From Candidatus Hodarchaeota archaeon (lineage in GTDB: Archaea; Asgardarchaeota; Lokiarchaeia; Sigyniarchaeales; SOKP01): a stretch of DNA of 53,479 nucleotides. Positions within the stretch are counted from its first letter, which is position 1; each line of letters starts with the position of its first letter. The stretch covers positions 1-53,479 of the forward strand of contig JBHLJY010000015.1 in assembly GCA_048887225.1 (NCBI GenBank). Direction: 5' to 3'. The notes under the pieces are model-generated. The model was not told the origin of the DNA. It saw nothing but the letters and a program-made list of their open reading frames with translations, and ran no database searches. This document shows, piece by piece, positions 46,556-53,479 of this stretch. A program made the translations under genes and the position numbers.

Positions 46556-49500
46556 TATATTTTAAAGCCTCCTTAACGTTTAAATTCAGCACTTCTGTCA
46601 ATCCATGGACATTTGAGACCCCTAAAAGCTGGTTTGCTATTGTCATAGTAACGTCCCTATGTGTAATTAAAATGAATTGGGAATTTTCCGACAATTCTTT
46701 TATAAGTGTTGCAACTTGTCCTGCGTTATAATCATCTAAAGCAGCATCAATCTCATCCAATATATAATACGGTGATGGAGTATACATTTGAATCCCTAAA
46801 ATTAATGCGATTACAGTTAAAGTTTTTTCCCCTCCCGACATTGACCGTGTCTGACACCATTTTCTATCCCCAGGTCTAGCAAGCATTTTAATTCCTCCCG
46901 AGAAAGGATCTTCTATATTTTCTAGTGCTAATTTAGCCTCCCCTCCAGGGGATAATTTAGCAAAAATTCGCATAAAATGCTCGTTTATACCGTTAAATGT
47001 ATTTAAAAAAGCATTTTTCTTTTCAAACTCAATTTTTTCTATAAATTCCAAGATTGACATTCTTTCATCTATAACAATCTCGTGTTTTTCAATAAGGTCG
47101 TCGTATCTCTCTTTAATTTTATCGTATTTCTTTATCGCTCTCATATTAACTGGTTCTAATTCTTGCTTAATCTCAATGCATTGATTAATAAGAATCGATA
47201 ACTTTTCTTGTGGAAAATTTAGAAAATCTTGAATTTTTTCCAGCTCTTCATCGGATATCTTGTGAGATTCTTCCAACTCTTCTTTCTGTGATTGAATATT
47301 CTTTGAATTGATTTCTAAAGTGTTGATTTTTATGTTTTTTGGATGAATATTTGATTTTAAGTCTTCAATTTCGACCTTGATATTGGTTTGAGCTAACAAT
47401 AAATCTTCCTTTTTTTCGTAAAATTGTCCGATAATTTCATTTTTCTGTAATACTACAGATTCTAATTCCTCGATTGCTTGTTTAGTTTCATTCAGTTCTC
47501 TGTTGAGAGTCTCAAGTCCAATCGTATTCTGTTCGATATCTTTTTGATAATTATTGATAGCAACTAAGATTTCAGATTCTCGATTATTCAAAATATCATT
47601 TAATTGAGTTTTTAGTTTAGTTATTTCTAAATTAACTGCAATTTTCTCTTTTTCTCTTTCGTCAATTTCCTCTCTTATATTGTTAATTTCTTTTGTAAAA
47701 TCATTATTTTCGAGTAAGGAAATTTTTGATTTAAATTCATTTACCTCATCAATTAAGTTAGATAGTATTTGTTCAATTGTATTTGCCTTGGATTGTTCTT
47801 CTTGTAATTCTCCTTCACATTTTTTAATTTCTGTGTTTAGAATTTTAATTTTCGCATTGTATCCATTTAATTCCTCTTCCTTTCTTACTAATTTATCTTT
47901 TAAAATCGCTAATTTTTGTTTAATTTCGCTTAACTCATTATTAGTTGAAATTCTATTTCTAAAATTTAATGTAATTTGAGTTTCTATATCTTTTAACTTC
48001 TTTATATACGAGTCTTCTTCATTTTTTAAATGATTCAATTCTAACTCTAATGTTGGTATTTTTGATTCTTCTTGCGATATAAAACCTCCTTTCAATAGTT
48101 GTTTAACCACACCCCCAGTCATCAGATTTGACAATTCAATGAGATCTCCATTTAAAGTAACTTTTTTCGCTTTTATATTTAAATTTGAAGCAGTTTTAAT
48201 ATCTGATACGACAATAGTATTTCCAAAAACATATTCGAAAGCATTTCTAAACAAAGGATCAAATTGAATTAAATCAACAGCTTTTCCAATAATTTTTTCA
48301 TTTATATTTAACTCTAAATTAATCTTATGAGGTTTAATCTTATCTAAAGGTATGAATGAAGCACGACCTATTTTATTAGTTTTTAGGTATTTAATGCATT
48401 GCCTTGCTGTTCTTTGATTATCGACCACAATATAATTGAGTTTATTGCCTGCTGCGACTTGTAAAGCAATATCGTATTCTTCATTCACTTCTCCTAATTG
48501 TGCTATTGTACCGTAGATATTCCCACGAATATTATATTTAGTTTTAAATTCAGAACTTTTCTTAAAATCTAGAATTGCCTTAATTGCTCTGTTTCTTGAT
48601 AGTTTTTGAATAGTTTTTATTTTACTTTTTATTGAAATTAATTTTTCCTGCTTTTTATTAATGAAATTTTGAATTTTTCTTAATTTCTTTTCCAAAATCA
48701 GCTTCTTATTTGTTAATTCATCCATATTTATTTCTATATCAGAATTTTCTTTGAAAAGTCCTTCTTTCTTCTTTAATTTCTCAATTTCTTGAGTAAGGTC
48801 GTTAATTTCTCTTTTAAATAGATTTACTGTTTCTTTAATATCTGTTAGATTGTCATTAGAAATTTTCAAATTATTTTTTAGAACCTTGATTTCAGATTTT
48901 ATATCGCTCTTAATTTCACTTTTTTCAGCAATTTTAGATTTTAAAGATTCAAGGTTTTCTTGAAAATTCCTATAATCTAAGTCAAATTCTTTTAGTTGTT
49001 CTTCGCTATGATATAATTCTTCCTTTAATGTTTTTAGCTTCTCGTTAATTACCTCCTTCTCTTCTTTCTTATCCGTTAATTCTTTTTGAATAGTTTTTCG
49101 GTTTTTTTCTATTTCTTCTTTTTTCTTAAAAGAATCAACCAAACTCTTCTTTAATTTTGAAAGTTCATTTTCAAGATTTTCTTTCTGTGTCTCCTTTTTT
49201 GCAAATTCAGTTTTTAATTTACTTAATTCTAAAGTAAGTTCTTTTAATTCGTCTGTTTGAAGTATTTTAATCTCCTCATTGATACGATCAAGTTCGGTAG
49301 TAATATTAGTTAAATTTTCTCTTTTTTCTAATAGTTTATAATTGATTTCCTGAATTTCTTTTACAAGCGTTTCCTTTTTAACTATGATCTTTTCAATTTG
49401 TTTTTCAAAATTCCTTATTTTTAAAATAATTAGAGCATTTTCAGCGTTTTTCTGTTCAATATCACATTCTTGGTATTTTAAAGCATCATTTTTTTCTTTT

Positions 49501-50123
49501 TCCAACGAATCTAATTGTATCGACAGTTCATTTAATAATAGAGTAATTCTAGAGATATTTACTTCAACTTTCTCTAAATCTTTTTCAGCTTTTTCTTTTT
49601 TCTCGTTGTAGGATGCAATGCCAGAAATATCTTCTATTAATCCTCTGCGTTCGTTGTTATTCATTGTTATAATTCTAAAAAGTTCTCCTTGCAAAATAAG
49701 ATTAGATGAATTTGGTAATAATCCCGCTATATCCAAAATATCTTGTAATTCCCGCCTTGTTATAACCTTGTCGTTTAATCGATATTTTCCATTGCCCTCA
49801 GCATTAATCATTCTTGAAACTTTCACTTTTTTAGTTTCTACAGGGATGATTTTGTCAGAGTTATCAAAAATTATATCTACCCTAGCAGAATCTGACGCTT
49901 CTCCTCCATTAGTTCCGCCATTACATAATATATTTTTAATATTATTTACTCTTAATTTATTTCCAGATAATTCACCTATGGCAAATATAAACGCATCCAA
50001 AATGTTAGATTTTCCTGTTCCATTCGCACCTACTATACTGGTGAATCCTTTGCTAAAATTAATTTTGGTTCTATTTTTAAAGCTTTTAAAACCCTCACAA
50101 ATTAAAGATTTTATATACACCAT
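46542..50123 (-). CDS. smc: Chromosome segregation protein SMC
   Basis: GFKSF, GANGTGKSN, Q-loop LQG, hinge GRASFIPL, MSGGEKT, YILDEIDAALD, ITH. Confidence 0.96.
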   Translation of the reverse strand: MVYIKSLICEGFKSFKNRTKINFSKGFTSIVGANGTGKSNILDAFIFAIGELSGNKLRVNNIKNILCNGGTNGGEASDSARVDIIFDNSDKIIPVETKKVKVSRMINAEGNGKYRLNDKVITRRELQDILDIAGLLPNSSNLILQGELFRIITMNNNERRGLIEDISGIASYNEKKEKAEKDLEKVEVNISRITLLLNELSIQLDSLEKEKNDALKYQECDIEQKNAENALIILKIRNFEKQIEKIIVKKETLVKEIQEINYKLLEKRENLTNITTELDRINEEIKILQTDELKELTLELSKLKTEFAKKETQKENLENELSKLKKSLVDSFKKKEEIEKNRKTIQKELTDKKEEKEVINEKLKTLKEELYHSEEQLKEFDLDYRNFQENLESLKSKIAEKSEIKSDIKSEIKVLKNNLKISNDNLTDIKETVNLFKREINDLTQEIEKLKKKEGLFKENSDIEINMDELTNKKLILEKKLRKIQNFINKKQEKLISIKSKIKTIQKLSRNRAIKAILDFKKSSEFKTKYNIRGNIYGTIAQLGEVNEEYDIALQVAAGNKLNYIVVDNQRTARQCIKYLKTNKIGRASFIPLDKIKPHKINLELNINEKIIGKAVDLIQFDPLFRNAFEYVFGNTIVVSDIKTASNLNIKAKKVTLNGDLIELSNLMTGGVVKQLLKGGFISQEESKIPTLELELNHLKNEEDSYIKKLKDIETQITLNFRNRISTNNELSEIKQKLAILKDKLVRKEEELNGYNAKIKILNTEIKKCEGELQEEQSKANTIEQILSNLIDEVNEFKSKISLLENNDFTKEINNIREEIDEREKEKIAVNLEITKLKTQLNDILNNRESEILVAINNYQKDIEQNTIGLETLNRELNETKQAIEELESVVLQKNEIIGQFYEKKEDLLLAQTNIKVEIEDLKSNIHPKNIKINTLEINSKNIQSQKEELEESHKISDEELEKIQDFLNFPQEKLSILINQCIEIKQELEPVNMRAIKKYDKIKERYDDLIEKHEIVIDERMSILEFIEKIEFEKKNAFLNTFNGINEHFMRIFAKLSPGGEAKLALENIEDPFSGGIKMLARPGDRKWCQTRSMSGGEKTLTVIALILGIQMYTPSPYYILDEIDAALDDYNAGQVATLIKELSENSQFILITHRDVTMTIANQLLGVSNVHGLTEVLNLNVKEALKYIAES

Positions 50124-50439
50124 GGTAAAATTTAAAATTTATATTATTAAGAGATTATGCATATTTCCTCAATTATAGCTGAGAAATATCTACATATATA
50201 TAACAAGAATATAATTATCTCATTTCAATTAAAGTAATATTTAGGTATTATCTTTAAGCGGATTTAGTATAATTCAAGTTATATTAACTAAAGGAAACAC
50301 AAAAAAAGTTCAAATAGCTTAGCATTTCAGATAAGAAGTAATTGTTATGAGGCTACCTATAAGAGGTATTGTTTAGAATTTATAAAAAGAATAGTTAAAT
50401 ATGAAGAGTTAATAATAAATCTCAATAAACAGTAATTTT

Positions 50440-50835
50440 GTGAATAAAATGCAAAAAAAGGAAATTTATAAATGCAACATATGTGGTAAGGTTATTGAAA
50501 TCCTCAATCCGGGTGCCCCTGAAACTATTTGCTGCGGACAACCAATGCAGTTAATGGACGCGCAAACGGCCGATTGGTCAACTGAGAAGCATGTCCCAAA
50601 GATATCTATGGAGGGGAATAAAGTCACTGTTGATGTGGGTATTTCCATGGGAACTCCACATCCTATGACCGAGGAGCATTGGATTATGTGGATTGAGTTA
50701 ATTTGCAAAGGCAATTGCTATAAACGTAAATTTTTAAATCCTGGAGACGAGCCAAAAGCAACTTTTGTAGTAGCCGATACTGATGGACTTTCAGCAAGAG
50801 AATATTGTAATTTACATGGATTATGGAAGAGCTAA
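50440..50835 (+). CDS. dfx: Desulfoferrodoxin (2Fe superoxide reductase)
   Basis: YKCNICG, CCGQPM, EKHVP, HPM..EH, YCNLHGLW; likely start ATG 50449. Confidence 0.94.
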   Translation: MNKMQKKEIYKCNICGKVIEILNPGAPETICCGQPMQLMDAQTADWSTEKHVPKISMEGNKVTVDVGISMGTPHPMTEEHWIMWIELICKGNCYKRKFLNPGDEPKATFVVADTDGLSAREYCNLHGLWKS

Positions 50836-50957
50836 GAGTAACCATAAAATAATATTTTTTTTAATAAACTCCAATTCTTTTTATTTTAATTACGAAAAAC
50901 CTGGAATTTATAAGGATTATTAATAAAAAAAAAATATATGTTTTGATTTAGAATACC

Positions 50958-52133
50958 TTATCTTTTACGTCCCAAAGTTGGCATAGCATGTTCATACTGC
51001 TTCATAACAAATCGAGAGATAACTACTCTCTGAATTTCAGATGTCCCCTCGTAAATTTGATATAATTTTGCATCTCTAAAAAGCTTTTCAACTGGATAAG
51101 TTTTGAGATATCCATAACCTCCAAAAACTTGAATTGCTTCAGTTGCAGCTTCCATAGCTACATCAGATGCATATGCTTTTGCGCATGAAGCACTTAAATT
51201 ATTATCAAGCCCTTTGTCTGCTTCCCACGCTGCCTTATGACATAATAATCGTGCAGCTTCAAGTTTCATATACATTTCAGCAATCTTAAATTGAATTGCT
51301 TGGTACCTTCCAATGGATCTGCCAAAGGCTTCTCTTTTATTAGCGTAATCAATGGAATATTCCATTGCTGATCGTGCACATCCTACGGCAAACGCAGCGA
51401 TAGCTGGACGGGTGTGAGCAAAAGTCTGCATTGCTAATACAAATCCTCTCCCTGGCTTGGCGAGTACATTCTCCTTAGATACTCTCACATTTTTTAAGAT
51501 TACAGCTGCGGTATTTGATGCTTTATGTCCTAATTTAGGAATAGGATCTCCTATTTTAACACCTTCTGAGTCTGTAGGTACAATAAAAGCACAAATTCCT
51601 CTATGCTTTTTTGTTGGATCTGCAGTTGCGAATACAGATATGTATTTTGCAAAACCACCATTAGTAATCCAAAATTTGTTACCATTTAAAATAAAATCTG
51701 AACCATCTCTTTCAGCTTTACATTTCATCCCTGCAACATCTGAACCCATAGTTGGTTCTGAGGTAGCAAATGCTATTAAAACAAAATTATTTACTAATTC
51801 AGATAAAATTCTTTGTTTTTGTTCTTCATTACCTCCTATTACAATAGGCTCTGCTCCTAAATTATTATCGAATAGAGACGTGGCAACTCCAGGACAAGCT
51901 GAGGCAATTTCTTCCACAACTAAACATGCCTCTAAAAGACTACGACCAGGTCCTCCATACTCTTTTGGAATACCCAAATTTAATAAACCTTCTTCCCATG
52001 CCCTTCTCAGAACTGGCATAGGAAATTCTCCCGTATCATCATATTTTTTTGCTACAGGGAGTATTTCATTAATTGCAAATTCTCTTGCTTTTTGTTGGAG
52101 ATTCTTTTGTTCTTCTGTTAAACCAAAATCCAT
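50958..52133 (-). CDS. Acyl-CoA dehydrogenase
   Basis: ATSEP..GSD, LNGNKFWITNG, AIQVFGGYGY, YQIYEGTSEIQR. Confidence 0.94.
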   Translation of the reverse strand: MDFGLTEEQKNLQQKAREFAINEILPVAKKYDDTGEFPMPVLRRAWEEGLLNLGIPKEYGGPGRSLLEACLVVEEIASACPGVATSLFDNNLGAEPIVIGGNEEQKQRILSELVNNFVLIAFATSEPTMGSDVAGMKCKAERDGSDFILNGNKFWITNGGFAKYISVFATADPTKKHRGICAFIVPTDSEGVKIGDPIPKLGHKASNTAAVILKNVRVSKENVLAKPGRGFVLAMQTFAHTRPAIAAFAVGCARSAMEYSIDYANKREAFGRSIGRYQAIQFKIAEMYMKLEAARLLCHKAAWEADKGLDNNLSASCAKAYASDVAMEAATEAIQVFGGYGYLKTYPVEKLFRDAKLYQIYEGTSEIQRVVISRFVMKQYEHAMPTLGRKR

Positions 52134-52136
52134 GAT

Positions 52137-53348
52137 TTATGATGCCCCCATTTTTTCAATTAATTTATCGATAATATTTTTGAGATCTAAATCTTCTGGT
52201 TTTGGTACAAATTTTATTTCAATTTTTTCGTCTAAAACATAAATTCCAGTTGCTTCCAATTCTTTCATAATTTCCTTTGCAGCACCACCTCCCCACCCAT
52301 ACGATCCAAAAGCCATTCCTATTTTATTCATTGGTTTAAGTCCTCTTTGATAATTTAAATATTCAGCTACTAAAGGATAAAGTCCATTATTTAACGTTGG
52401 ACTTCCAACCAGTATTGCTTTTGCTTTCATTGCTTCTGTAATTACGTCTGAATAATCAGCAAAAGTCAATCTGAACCTCTTTACAGGTATTCCCCTATGA
52501 TTTATCTCTTTATATAAGGCCTTCGCAATTTTTTCTGTGCTTCCCCACATTGTATCATATACGATTAAAACGCTATTTTGTTCAATTTCGCCAGCAGACC
52601 ATTTTGTATATTTTTCTAATATTTCAGAAATATATTTTCTCCAACAGACTCCATGAGATGGACAAATAATCTCAATCGGCAAGGCTCCAACCGCAGGCAG
52701 CGTTTTTGCGATTAGCTTTGATAAGTGTAATAAAATATTTGCGTAGTATTTTTCAGCTTCCCACATAATTTCGGCAAGGTCGTTTTCATCGTCCCAGCGT
52801 TGAGATGTAGCAAAATGTTGTCCAAAAGCATCATTAGAAAACAATATATTTTTGCCATTGTCGTCTGTCATAAAAGAAACCATAGAATCCGGCCAATGAA
52901 TCATTGGAATGGGAACAAAAGTAAACTTTTTCCCATTACCTATCTCTAAAGTATCTCCCTCTTTTACGGCTCTAATTTCATTAAATGTCTCATCCTTTAC
53001 TTCCTCATGAAAATGCAATTTTAAATTCTCAACGCCATTTGTAGATGCGATTATTTCGGCATTGGGAAGGTGTTTTATAATAAGTGGAAAAGACCCTGAA
53101 TGATCCATTTCAACATGATTTACAACAAAATAATCAACTTCAGCGGGATCACACACTTTTTTTATATTTTCTAAGAAATAATTAAAATACGGTCGTTTAA
53201 CAGTGTCAATTAAAACTGTTTTATCTCCTTTAACAATGTATGCGTTATAAGACGAGCCCTTGTGAGTTGAATAGCCATGAAAATTTCGAACTTCCCAATC
53301 TACATAACCAACATAATAGATATCTTTCATTAACTCTAAATGTGTCAC
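52137..53348 (-). CDS. fprA: Flavodiiron protein (FprA/Roo; O2/NO reductase)
   Basis: HVEMDH, HWPD, NDAFG, PSHG, DTMWGST, GSPT, FGSYGWGG; GGTGA SD. Confidence 0.94.
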   Translation of the reverse strand: MTHLELMKDIYYVGYVDWEVRNFHGYSTHKGSSYNAYIVKGDKTVLIDTVKRPYFNYFLENIKKVCDPAEVDYFVVNHVEMDHSGSFPLIIKHLPNAEIIASTNGVENLKLHFHEEVKDETFNEIRAVKEGDTLEIGNGKKFTFVPIPMIHWPDSMVSFMTDDNGKNILFSNDAFGQHFATSQRWDDENDLAEIMWEAEKYYANILLHLSKLIAKTLPAVGALPIEIICPSHGVCWRKYISEILEKYTKWSAGEIEQNSVLIVYDTMWGSTEKIAKALYKEINHRGIPVKRFRLTFADYSDVITEAMKAKAILVGSPTLNNGLYPLVAEYLNYQRGLKPMNKIGMAFGSYGWGGGAAKEIMKELEATGIYVLDEKIEIKFVPKPEDLDLKNIIDKLIEKMGAS

Positions 53349-53479
53349 AATTATTTCACCATATATATGGATTTAATTTTTATGTAATTATATCTTGAAA
53401 CTAATTATAAATTTAATTTCTATGGTTTATAAACCTTAAACTAAAACAATTAAAAAAAATAAGTATTGAGACTTGACCT

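Noticed and set aside
46542-50123. SMC as a defence-type (Wadjet/Rad50-like) ATPase
   Set aside because: Canonical condensin-type head motifs and globular hinge; no zinc hook and no JetA/JetD or nuclease neighbours.
49618-50178. 186-aa + strand ORF
   Set aside because: Antisense to the conserved SMC head; no motif.
788-50714. Remaining short (60-100 aa) ORFs overlapping assigned genes
   Set aside because: Antisense or alternate-frame shadows of well-supported CDSs without independent coding evidence.
51457-52242. 261-aa + strand ORF
   Set aside because: Antisense shadow of the acyl-CoA dehydrogenase and fprA; no recognisable features.
1-53479. Selenocysteine or pyrrolysine readthrough of TGA/TAG-ending genes
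   Set aside because: The recognisable genes ending in TGA/TAG are full length for their families and I saw no convincing SECIS-like element; no covariance search was possible.

Overview
AT-rich (roughly 30% GC by eye), gene-dense archaeal chromosomal segment. Gene content (Arf-like small GTPase, longin/uDENN-like domains, NreA, PAC2, archaeal-type MoaA, DUF2070) points to an Asgard archaeon, most likely Lokiarchaeia (inference). Left arm: the 5' end of a glycyl radical enzyme, divergent from a tungstate uptake / tungstopterin biosynthesis / AOR cluster (tupABC-moaC-moaA-moaD-moaE, aor, moeA-moaB-moeA) that ends in a MoxR AAA+ / vWA pair. Middle: Fe-S and MFS genes, a 1107-aa single-pass surface protein with a cytoplasmic longin-like tail, and an Arf-like GTPase coupled to a uDENN/longin-wHTH gene. 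Right: housekeeping and fatty-acyl-CoA genes, tRNA-Ala(GGC), tandem dodecins, smc-scpB and O2/superoxide defence genes. No mobile element or CRISPR array was seen. The strongest unexplained signals are (1) a candidate -1 programmed frameshift (G_GAU_UUU_UAA plus downstream hairpin) joining the MoxR ATPase to the vWA protein, (2) a candidate receptor-longin / small GTPase / uDENN-HTH signalling module, (3) an in-frame FDP + acyl-CoA dehydrogenase pair resembling a split acyl-CoA:O2 oxidoreductase, and (4) probable non-canonical ATA/ATC starts, including an unannotated membrane microprotein. All family calls are by motif recognition, not database searches.
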